A DNA stretch of 64,000 bases. Origin: Gordius albopunctatus. Lineage: Eukaryota. Every line of letters begins with the position of its first letter. The stretch's first letter is position 1. This document shows, in pieces, positions 27,442 through 38,246 of the stretch. The DNA lies in contig OZ193909.1 of NCBI GenBank assembly GCA_964276515.1, positions 19,902,001-19,966,000 on the forward strand, read 5' to 3'. The notes beneath the pieces were generated by a model. It did no database searches and was not told the DNA's origin. It saw only the letters and a program-made list of their open reading frames with translations. The position numbers were made by a program, and so were the translations under genes.

Positions 27442-28414
27442 ATTTGTGCTGCAGCAAATTATGTTAGATCTCTGTAGCAAAGCGGTTACCAAATCAAGGT
27501 ACAACGTATACTTAGATGACATTCTAATCTACGGAGACTCCAGAACAATGGTCAAAGCCGACACAAAAAGATTCCTCTATCTTGCCAGATGCTGGAACCT
27601 TTCTATCAATGGAGAAAAGTCGTCGGTTGAACCAAGTACCATCATAGATTACTTAGGCATAAACGTTAACCTAGAATCACACACGTTGAAAATAAACAGA
27701 AAGTTCGTGGAAAAAATCGATGCGGCGATTCAAATAATAAACTATTTCGTAGCCGAAGAAAAGAAGCCACACCCGTTGGTCACACAGACATGTCTAGGCA
27801 TCCTGACGCATTACACGTATATGCTTACCGGTTGGTCGAAATATATCTCTCCCCTATACAATATGTTTCTTGCTTCGGACCCTATCAACTTCAATCCGGA
27901 GTGGGTCACGCGCAAACTGCTCCTCCTACAGAACCACCTTTCCACACCTTTCAGAATGAGGTACGATACATGCGGTTTTACCGCGGGAAACGCTTCCACA
28001 TCCCACATTGGACTGTTTTATCGTGAAAAGGTCCTCTCTGTGGCCAAGGGGGATGCTTTAGCAATTTTCCACTGCCAAAACCTCATTCCGACTATCAACT
28101 TGCTTGAGTTGATCGCCATACATCTCGCCTACATGAAAGCACTACTCGACACGCCCCACGCTAATCCCAAAGTCCTCACGGATAGCCGTACAGCCTTATA
28201 TATTGTCAAGAAAGGAAGTGCTCATGCGCCACAACTAGAGCTTGCATTTACAAAGATTTGCAACCACATGGGGTTAGACCACATGCTGAAAATCAAACAG
28301 AACTTAGAATGGATGCCTACCAATGCGAATCCGGCTGATGCTCCTTCACGAGAAGCGTTCTTCGATGATACCCAGCTGGCGAATCTGGTCCTTTGGTCAC
28401 GCTTGAATTTTTAG
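27442..28414 (+). CDS. 5'-truncated reverse transcriptase (palm/thumb) + RNase H, hepadnaviral P-like
   Basis: FVLQQIMLDLCS...NVYLDDILI (YLDD 27509-27520), INGEKSSVEPSTIIDYLG, QTCLGILTH...ISPLY, GNAST, INLLELIAIHLA, VLTDS and EWMPTNANPADAPSR. The first 19 codons of the 342-aa ORF call come from the inverted arm and are not part of the protein. Confidence 0.8.
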
Positions 28415-31400
28415 ACACACAGAACCACAACAAGTTTGCAACTGCTTAAAGACCGTAAAAGTTCCTAAGGATTTCACTATAATTCACCCCCCCCCCACTT
28501 TTACCTCTTTATCGTTTCTTCTTCGCGCTTACTGAACCTCTGACGCTCATTAGTATAAAATTTCTCGCGTAATACATACATATATTTACATGTTTTATAA
28601 TGTGTTTTTGATGATATGTGGATAAATAAAATAAAACAAGAGTTAGGGAAATATCCCACTTGGGACTTCCCCTTCTCAATTTCTGATGGAGCTTTACCCG
28701 TAGTATTATGAGGCGTATTTCGATAGGTCAGTAGTATTTGTAGTAGACAGATTTCCTTGTCCCTATCTTCTTACCTTGCAGCATAATATCTGGATTTTAA
28801 TGTCCGAATTGTTCGTTCTGCTAATCCATTTGTTTTCGGGTGATAAGGTGAAGAGAATATATGCTAATGTTATTGTTTGAGCAAAATTTAGCGAATTCAC
28901 CACCAACAAATTGAGGTCCATTATCGGATACAATTTGTGATGGGATACCAAACCTACAAAACCAATACCGTAACTGGCGAATGATTTGTGGTCCTTTAAT
29001 AGATGTTAACGTGTCGACTTCTACCCATTTTGATAAGGCATCGACCAATACTAGCCAATAATTTCCTTCTACTGGTCCTGCTATATCAATATGCACTCTG
29101 TCCCAATTTCGTTCTGGTAAGGACCACAAATATAGAGATACTTCTGTCTCGGTTGGTCGTACTTCTTGGCAGCCGTCACATTCTTTTACAAAATATTCAA
29201 TATCTTTGGCCAACCCAGGCCACCAAACATAATATCTTGCCAAACTTAACATTCCCGAAATCCCTGGATGACCTTGATGTAATATCTTTTAAACAAGCCT
29301 TCGGAGTTTATTTGGTATAATCAGTCGATTTCCACAACATAATAATCCGTCCTCGAATATTAATTCATCTCTACGACTATAATAAGGTCGTAAATCAAAT
29401 CGACATTTTTTAAATCGAGTCGCCATTCCCGTTTGATTGACGAAATTACTTCGCAGCACAACGAATCATGTTTGATAAAGTTTCTTAATGTGTTGTGATC
29501 TAGTTTCAAATCATCCAACATTAATAGACTTATGTTATTTATGTGTTTGCTGTCATTATTTGTAGGATTTGGAAGTCTTGATAAGGCATCTGCGCATTGG
29601 TTTGATTTACCCGATCTGTATCTAATTTAATATTGATACGTATTTAAAAATAATGCTCATCGAACTAATCTGTTATTGACCACTTTAGGTAAATCGCGAT
29701 TATTTCCAAACAATCGCTCTAAGGGCTTATGATCCGTCATTAACGTGAATTTCCGTCCACGTAAATATTAATTAAATTTTTTCGACACCATAGACGATCG
29801 CTCTAGCTTCCCGATCAATCGTTGAGTAACGCTTTTCGGATTCGCTTAACGTGCGGGAAGCGTAGGCTATAGGTTTTTCCGTACCGTCGGGAAATACATG
29901 TGTTAGTATGGCTCCTAAACCCGATTCAGATGCATCTACTGATAAGACTAATGGCAAGTCCAACGAATATGGCACTAGGGTATCTGTAGCTGATAAAAGA
30001 CTTTGTTCTTTATTCGTCCACCGCCATTGAACAAGAGAACCGGTGATAGCATGTACTAGTGTGCACTTTTCATGTAGCTGCGGGATAAATTTTTCTTGGT
30101 AGTTTACCAATCCTAAGAAAGAACGGAGTTCCTTCTTGTTCGCAGGAATTTTTAAATTTTTTATCGCTTCTACTCTTTCTTCGGTTGGATGGATCCCTGA
30201 AGCGTCAATTTTATGGCCCAAGTAATTTACTGATGTTTGAAAGAATTTGACCTTCTTCTCCTTTCTTGCTTTTATCCCAGCATGGTGGATTCTTTGTAAT
30301 ACCTCATTTAAATTTTTCATATGTTCCTGTTCTGTAGCTCCAGTTACGATGATATCGTCTAATTAAACACCCACGTGAGGTATGCCATCCACTGAAATAA
30401 ATTCGGAGCTATTGATAATCCGAATGGTAGTATTTTATATCTATAATAACCCATATGAGTTGCTATTGTGAGGTAATGTCTTGATTCTCTCAGAACCTTC
30501 ATCTGTAAGTATGCATCACGCAAATCAATGACTGTATAGTTATGGCCGCCTGCAATCTTCATAATTAAGTCATCAAAAGTTGGTAGCAAATAATTATTTA
30601 AAGTTAAGTGAGAATTTGTCGTTACACGAAAATCCCCGCATATCCGAATTGAGCCGTTTGACTTAACTACATTTACTATAGGCGTTGCCCATTGGATTGC
30701 TGTAACTGATGGGTCTACCTCTTCAATAACATCTTCATTTAACAATCTTTTTATTTCCTCTTCCACTTTCTTACACAGCGGAAAAGGAACTCTCCGCGCA
30801 GGACAAGCTATTGGCTTTGCTTCTTCCTTCAAAAAAATACATACCTCGTAATTCTTTATACAACCCATGCCGTCATTAAATATCTCCCCATATTTCTCAA
30901 TCAATGCATTTTCAGGTTGATAATTAATCGAATTTATTGTAACTTGAATAGGGAGTTTAAAATTAAATGCCTGCATCCAATTTAATCCAAATATTGGTTC
31001 CTCTTCCTCATTTGTAACGATAGCTGGAAGTTTCAATGTCATGTTATTCAATTTTACACAAACTTAAACTTGCCCAGAAATTGACACAGGGTTGTTTCCA
31101 AAAGCCTAGATCTTTTGCCATGTATGTAATTGTGGTTTATTAATAATGTTATATATCTTCTTATTTATTAGGGAAACACAAGATCCAGTGTCATATAACA
31201 TTTTAACAGTTTTATTGTTGATGACAACATTGATATAAGGTTTGAATTGGGTAATATTGTTAACATCATAAACTATTCCAATAGAATTGATAATATGATT
31301 TACCTCCTTTGAACTTTTACAAAATTTAGCATAATGATTCTTTTTGTTACATTTATAGCACACCTTTTTATAAGCATCACATCTATTGCTTGGATGTGAT

Positions 31401-31784
31401 TTACCACACCTAGAACACTTGCTTATGAAATTTTGTTTGTTTGTAACTCTTTTATCTTTGTATTTAGAATTTGGTGTTTTGTACTTTTGTATTTTGTTTA
31501 ACTCTTGTGATGTGTTTAATTCCTTATTAGCTATCTCCATAGATTCAGCTAATTTATATATATCATCAAAAGATATAACATCCCCAGCATTATTTACACC
31601 TTCAGGCCATTGACTTCTAACTTGAAATTTATAAAAAAAAACGTATACCATACAAATACAAAATCATTACAATTACTACCATAATTATGAGGGTTATTTC
31701 TTAGCCACCATAAGAATGGATTAAATCTAATTTATGCATTATATATACCTATCTCGCTTACAATGTGATTAGAAAATTAACTAT

Positions 31785-31827
31785 GACATACTGATGAGCT
31801 CTAATAAGAGCTAAAACGTTATATGTC
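31785..31827 (+). ncRNA. Minimal type I hammerhead ribozyme motif (Penelope pLTR type) with G12->U substitution
   Basis: Stem I GACATA/TATGTC, core CTGATGA, stem II GCTCT-AATA-AGAGC, then TAAA (canonical GAAA), palindromic ACGT loop and T-A cleavage site. Confidence 0.65.
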
Positions 31828-33585
31828 TGTTATCATTTACGAGTCACATGCTAAAAAAGATAGGGATATATATAGTTAAAATTATTGTCTAATTAAAATT
31901 GCCTATAGATGGCGCTAATTCGAGAAAACTTTTAATTTAATTGCGGCACTCCTGAAAGGGGTTATTATTATCTTCTGATTATTATAAAAAAACGCAATTT
32001 ATTATCTAATTTCTAATATAAAGTACATGTTGTATTTAAAATCTCGTTTGTCAGATTCAAAAATTGTTTTTTGTTAATAATGTTCCTTTAACATTGTAAA
32101 TAAATTATTTGTTTGTATTTTATTGGTATATTTTTTAGCTTTCACAACTTTTTAAGCCTTAAATTTTTTTTATCTATTAAATATCGCTCTTTTGAGCCTC
32201 GAAAAGGGTCAAAAACGGTCATTTTTGCAACTTTGTATCGAAATATCTAAAAAACCTGACGTATAGGAAAACAACAAAAACATATTTGTGTTCACCACAA
32301 AAAACCCTATCAGAATATGTTAACCTTTTCCTGGTTGATTACACAAGACCTTTATTTCAGTGGCGTAGCTAGCCTTTTTGCCTTAGTGGGCTGAGCTGGT
32401 CAAATAGGGGGGGGGACAAAAAAATTTCCTACGCCCACCTTTAAGAATAAAAAATATTTATGTTTTGCCCCCCCCCCCCCAATCCAAACCCTAAATCCGA
32501 CCATGGGTCAAATGCAATTGAATAATTTTTTCCTTATAAACGTTGGACAAACTTAAAATTCCGCTACTACTTTGCGTATTTTTTCTAATAACATCACACT
32601 AATATGTCCTCTCATGTTTGTAGGGCATAAAATAAATAAAATTTATTCATAAATAAAACAAAGTGATGTAGTTGAAACAATATAAAAAATTTCACGTGGT
32701 ATATAAAGTTTTGTATAAATGAATTGTAAGGGTAAAAGTGGAACGGGGATATTGACAAGAAATCGTTGACATTTTAAAAAATAATGCAAATAGTTAAAAA
32801 ACTATATAACAAAGTTTTTATAAAAATGATTGCCACAACCCCAAAAATCTTGGCCACATATATAACAAATTTTAATTTTACATATGCAATATTGGCAGCA
32901 TTTATATCAGGAAAACAATGAGAAAATTTAAAAGCCTTTTTAATGTGATCCTCAAAAGGCGTAATTATAACATAAAATTAAAAAAAATAATTATGAAATT
33001 AAAATTCGTTCAAGAATGAGTATTTAGAAGTTATTGCCCCTGATATTATAGATATATTTGTAGGACCCCCTCCCCCCTTTACATCACCTAGAAATTAAAA
33101 TGAACTTAAATTTATTTAACGGCTAAATGAACCTTAAAAATATTCTGTCAAAATTAAATGATTGATAATTTTAGGTGAAATTAGAGGTGTGAGATGCACA
33201 GAACAACTTAGAGTCAGTCCAAAGAGAAACATAATGAATTTTTTTAGTATTTTTATCCCTTGAAAGTTTTGATGCGTTAACATTTGTCTATAAAATTCAG
33301 GAATTGGTTATTAATATTAATTTATCAAACTTATGATGGGATATCACTAATAAAGGGGAAAAAATGGTGTACAAACAATTTTTTGGAAAACTATTGGCTC
33401 GATATGTGCATGTGGTACATAAAAATATGCAAGATATGTTAAACAATAAGCATGTGAGATGGACAATTAAATTGAAACCAGGATAGAATTTTCGTAAATT
33501 TAATAATATTTTAATATATTTTGAAAGTGTTAAAAAGTTTAAAACAAGTTTAAAAGACCAGATAATTTTTCATTAAACATTAAAA

Positions 33586-34211
33586 TTAGTCTTTTAATAG
33601 TAGTTCATTAGGCCTTTTACTCGATGTTGCAAACGAATTTATAATATCATCCGGGGGAATAACATTTATAAAGTCATGTTCTAAGCTCAATAAAGGTAAG
33701 GAAGATAACCCATCTTGTCCAATTGTAGAACGAAGATAAGTTTTAATCCGTTTTAGCAACGAGAACGATCTTTCGCATGAACATGAAGTTATTGGGATAG
33801 TTAAAATACTTTTAATCAAAATAGTAAAATTTGGAAACACTATTGAGGACAAGTTTTTAATAAGTGAAAAAATATCATTGGATTTTATTTTAAGATAAAG
33901 AGTTATAATGTGTTACAAAATTTTTTGTCATTTTTATTTCGCCGTCTTCCAGTTTTAATTCATAATGGTTAATTATTTCTGATAAAAGTGATTGATGGCA
34001 AAAAAAGAGGTGAAGGGTTTAAACCTTCTAAGGACTTATATAAATTACAATTAATTTCCGAAAATCTTATGTTTAATTCTGCTATTATTCTATCGATGAT
34101 AGGGTAATATAAATCAATTTTGAAATCAATTAATGAATTAGTCGATTCAAAAGAGTAAAATGTGCTATACCTTTTTAGTTTTTTAATACGTTTAGAAAGT
34201 AATAAATCCAA
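33586..34211 (-). pseudogene. hAT transposase relic (C-terminal region)
   Basis: LYYPIIDRIIAELNIRF and FPNFTILIKSILTIPITSCSCERSFSLLKRIKTYLRSTIGQDGLSSL. Confidence 0.8.
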
Positions 34212-34802
34212 AATTGCAGCTAAATCTTTTGCCTTATTATAAAGAATTTGATAGTGGTCCTCATTTCTAATATCATTTAGAGGTAATATTAGGCTATTAA
34301 GCGTTGTAATTGCATAACAAATATTTGGGCTTTGAAACTCGTTAATTAAAACTTTTTTGTTTCGTATAATGGTAATTTAGGATTGATAAAATGCGAGGGT
34401 GGAAATGGTTTTAAATATTTCGGTCGTCCAGCAACCATTATCAATAAAAAAAACTTCATTGCCCTCCCGAACCCATCTATGTGTCCGACGGGGCCCGCCC
34501 GAATTGTTAAAGCTGCCCGAATTGCCCGGCCCGAAATATTAAATTTTCCCGTTAGTCCCGAATTTATGAGGTCCCAAAAAGAGGTCGGAGTAGTTTAAAT
34601 TTTTTTGCCCGAACCCGGCCTGGTCCAAATTTTTAACTGAATTGCCCGCCTGAACCCTTCTAAGTGTGGGCTCAGCCGGCCTGATTAATAAAATTTTCCC
34701 GGTAGACCCGAAATTATCCAATCCCAAAATCTTTGAACCACTATTACAAAATAAGCATTAAATTAAAGGCACATTGATCCAAACAAAGATGACAATATAT
34801 TA

Positions 34803-34973
34803 TTATTCATAATTATTATGTAATAATAACAAATCGTCGACAATTTCCGGGGATAATCTTGTGTGTCTTTCCTCTATTAATCTTCCTGCGATAGAAAAAC
34901 TTCTTTCACTAGCAGCACTCGTCGCCGGGATGGCAAAGAGTATTTTTGTAAACCTTGCTAATTTAGGATACAT
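34803..34973 (-). pseudogene. Second hAT dimerisation-domain relic
   Basis: MYPKLARFTKILFAIPATSAASERSFSIAGRLIEERHTRLSPEIVDDLLLLH, below the ORF-track cutoff. Confidence 0.8.
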
Positions 34974-35278
34974 AAAATAGTTATAATTTTTAATAACTTT
35001 AATGTTACTTGTTTGCTTTATTTTTCCACCATGTTTTTTTTAGTTGTTAAGAAATTAAATGAATTACAATTATGCGCATTGTTAGAAAATGGCATGAGCC
35101 TTTGTTTTAAGTCTAGAACAATGAAATGGCTTTGGCTACATAAATATAAATAATCCAATCCTTTCCATAATGGAGTAGGGCAAAGATTTAACTGAACGCG
35201 ATAAAAATGTAATAAAATAATTTACTACCAGAGAGTAAAATGGTTTCTTCCATAGTATTAGATTAGAGTAGCAGTTTA

Positions 35279-35427
35279 CAGGGGCGTAGCCAGCATTAAA
35301 ATTAGAGGGGGGGGCAAAATGATTATTTTTAGAAAATTTAGCCATAATTTTAATACATTTTAACAAATTTTTGAGTTTAGAGGGGGCAGCTGCCCCTTCC
35401 TGCCCCCCCCCCTTGTCTACGCCCATG
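35279..35427. mobile_element. hAT-type MITE family 1
   Basis: CAGGGGCGTAG...CTACGCCCATG termini with perfect 8-bp TSD GCAGTTTA. Confidence 0.85.
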
Positions 35428-35991
35428 GCAGTTTAAATCGTTGTGATTATTAAAAATTTTTGATCTTGAGACAAACCAGTTAAACTAATTTATTCGAAAT
35501 AAAATTTAATTTTGAAGAAATTGAAATTAGGACATTATATAAACGTACAATGAAGATTGCGATGGAAAAAAATTTAGTCAAATTTATTATGGTCCAAAAT
35601 TGTTCATGATGGAATTTTTCTTTTTTCAAGGAAAATAAATGTGATAAAATTCTGGGCATGCCCGAATCTTATCAGCGTGCCCGCCGGAAAATTAAAATAT
35701 AAGGCAGTTGCCACGGGCCGGGCATTTCTGGTCTCTGTTTACTATAGGCTATATTGATGGAATAAGTCGTACAAAAGGTAATGTTAGGAAAGCCCTTTGG
35801 AAATTTCTAACCTAAATATGTGGACCTGTAAAATTACTTGATGTCCTATTAGGAGTGTATGTTGGATATTAAATAAAAAAAGAAAGATTGAATACTTAAA
35901 AAAGAAATAATGGTATATTCAAAAAGGGTAAATAAAACTAACGTTAGAAGGATAAGACAAAATTAAGAGAGATTAATAAAATACTTATAAC

Positions 35992-36194
35992 TAGAGTTGT
36001 TAAATTGCTAACTTTCTTCAACTCCAGCTACCATCTGCTCGAGTTTCTGCTCGGTCCTCGAGCATTTTTATATGCTACTGCTCTGCCTAGTGCACCAAAC
36101 AGCGAGCTCCTATTGTGCTAACGCTCATATTAAGCAACTCAGTGTGCGTGCACGCGTCTGGAGTTTGAAGAAAGTTAGCAATTTAACAACTCTA
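35992..36194. mobile_element. hAT-type MITE family 2 (TAGAGTTGTTAAA termini)
   Basis: Long TIRs with perfect 8-bp TSD CTTATAAC. Confidence 0.9.
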
Positions 36195-36965
36195 CTTATA
36201 ACTATAAATTGCGGAGGAATAAGCTTAAATCCTTATAATTTACTTTAGATGTTATGCATTATACGTCGAAATTTCTAAATATTCTTATTGGTTTAGTCGT
36301 TTTTTAGGTCAGCTTTTTTTGATAAGTTTTTTTTGAACAGAAACTGTTAAAAGTATATCGGAATGGGTAATAGGAAAAACGATTGTTTAAAAAATATAAG
36401 ACTTTTTTATTAAAAAATTCGGATTAACATTATTTTTCAAATAAATAAAAATGGGTTTTAAAACTTGAACGAACGTTAAATTCGAACGCGTTCATCAAAA
36501 AAAGGAACGCGTTCACGTTCAAAGAAAAAGGAACGCCGTTCATCAATTTTTTCAAAAAATTAGAACGCGTTCATTCACAAAACTAAGTAGAAACAATATA
36601 GAAAATTTCACATGGTATAATAAGTTTTTGTATAATCGAATTGTAAGGTTGGGAAAAAATTGTTATTAACTTTTTGTATTGAAAAAAAGATTTGCCATTC
36701 GCCCCCCCCACCCCCTTCAGCGAAGCCCATGACCACAGATATAAAAGGACGTGTATAAAATAATTAAAAAAATAACTATCATCAATGGGCAAACAAAAAG
36801 ACTCGTTTAAAGAAAGCATAATATAACTTTGTACAACACAAACTTTTTGAAGCATGTATATTTTCAGGGACTCTTCTTATCCATTAAGGCAATATACTTT
36901 CTTTGCGCAAGTGGAGAAACAGGACATCAAAAACATTTAGCTAATACATTGGCATAGCCAGGGGG

Positions 36966-37148
36966 TAGAGTTGTCAAAATGCTAACTTTCTTCAAACTTC
37001 AGACGAGATCACGCTCACTGAATGGCTTAATATGCGCGTTAGCACAATATGTGCTCGCTGTTCGGTGCACTGGGTAGAGCAGTAGCATATAAAAATGCTC
37101 GAGGGCCGAGCAGAAATTCGAGCAGATGGTAGCTGAAGTTCAACTCTA
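36966..37148. mobile_element. hAT-type MITE family 2, nested in a family-1 MITE (~36947-37289)
   Basis: Perfect 8-bp TSD CCAGGGGG. Confidence 0.88.
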
Positions 37149-38246
37149 CCAGGGGGAAAGGCACCCCCAAATCCATATATACTTTAAAATTTCCTATAAT
37201 TATGGATAAAATACCAGTAAATTCTCATATTGCCCCTCCCGAAATCATAACTGCCCCCCCATCTAGTTCCAACCCTGGCTATGCCCATGAACTCATATAT
37301 ATTTAAAAGGAGGGATCTTACGGTCAGATTTAGGGACAAAAAATTTGGAGTATATTGGTGATTTTTAGGCTACTATCTGCTGACATAAGGTTAATTTAAA
37401 TCAGAGGTTTTTAAATACTACATGACACACAGGGGAGTTCAAAAGACAAATGTAATGTTTCGGCAAATGATAGACTAGAACATTTTACGATGGCGTATGT
37501 TGATATAAATATAATTAATCTTATTTACATAACGTTATCGTTTCGTACCAAACAGATGACCGCGTATTGTGGTTAAAATGCGTGAAGTGCTGATTAAATT
37601 TTAAGGACTGATAACACTTTTAAGTTAAAATGATTTAGTCAGTTAGATAAACAATCTCGCATCGGCACATTCAATAGAGATAAAGGCATGAGAGGATAGC
37701 CTAATTTTTAAGATGTAATAACAAAAATATATTGAAAGATTCACAAATGTATTTAATACAGATCCGCGATAAGAGAGTATATCCAATTATGCCTAACACT
37801 CCACCTCTATCCACATCTAATATCCATCCATCTTAACGTGGTGCCATATAAAAATCGTTTGGTATATAATATACGATAAACGTTCCTTTCTAAATTTCTG
37901 CACAATTGACGAGGTATATAAATAATATCGATGATTATGTTGGTAATTCTCTTAACTTGATATTGCATATCATATCTAAAACTAATGCTAAATTAACATA
38001 ACGCGATTGTTTGACAACCGGAGAGAGATCATAAAGTGCCGGGGCGGTAAATTGGATGTGCATGAAATACTTAGTCTCATTTGAGCTTTGATAATTCAAA
38101 ACTTTTCGCAAGTTTCGAATTTAGTCACCGTGAAATGAGATTTAATAATGTCAAGAAAAAGGGCTTGCCGTAGTAATAACGTAGCTCACAATTTATCTTT
38201 CATCCCTTGGGGGAAAGAGTGAAGTTGATAGAAAGGGAAGCCAGGG

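Larger units (their letters stand above)
27148..28677 (+). mobile_element. Hepadnavirus/nackednavirus-polymerase-like retroelement fragment (HEART-like; DIRS-type is the alternative) inserted in the Gypsy integrase
   Basis: Interrupts the Gypsy IN between ...TTGKAPSEI (28678+) and ILSYIRFDPR (<27148). GC-richer than the flanks. Contains an RT-RNase H ORF and a 294-bp inverted duplication. No TSD seen. Confidence 0.75.
26566..31671 (-). mobile_element. Decayed Ty3/Gypsy (Mag-like) LTR retrotransposon
   Basis: Perfect 5-bp TSD ATTAC (26561-26565 / 31672-31676). 3' LTR 26733-26566 (TGTAAT..TTTCA) follows a polypurine tract. 5' LTR remnant ~31622-31671. Two CCHC knuckles, protease LYDTGS, RT (WATPIV, IDLRDAY, LPFG), RNase H (VDAS, YSTIDREA) and integrase (RVHID, IVSDNGPQF). 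Many frameshifts. Confidence 0.93.

Noticed and set aside
27148..28561. Reading the inverted repeat as DIRS ITRs or DNA-transposon TIRs
   Set aside because: The arms contain RNase H coding sequence, the insert extends beyond the right arm, and there is no recombinase, transposase or TSD.
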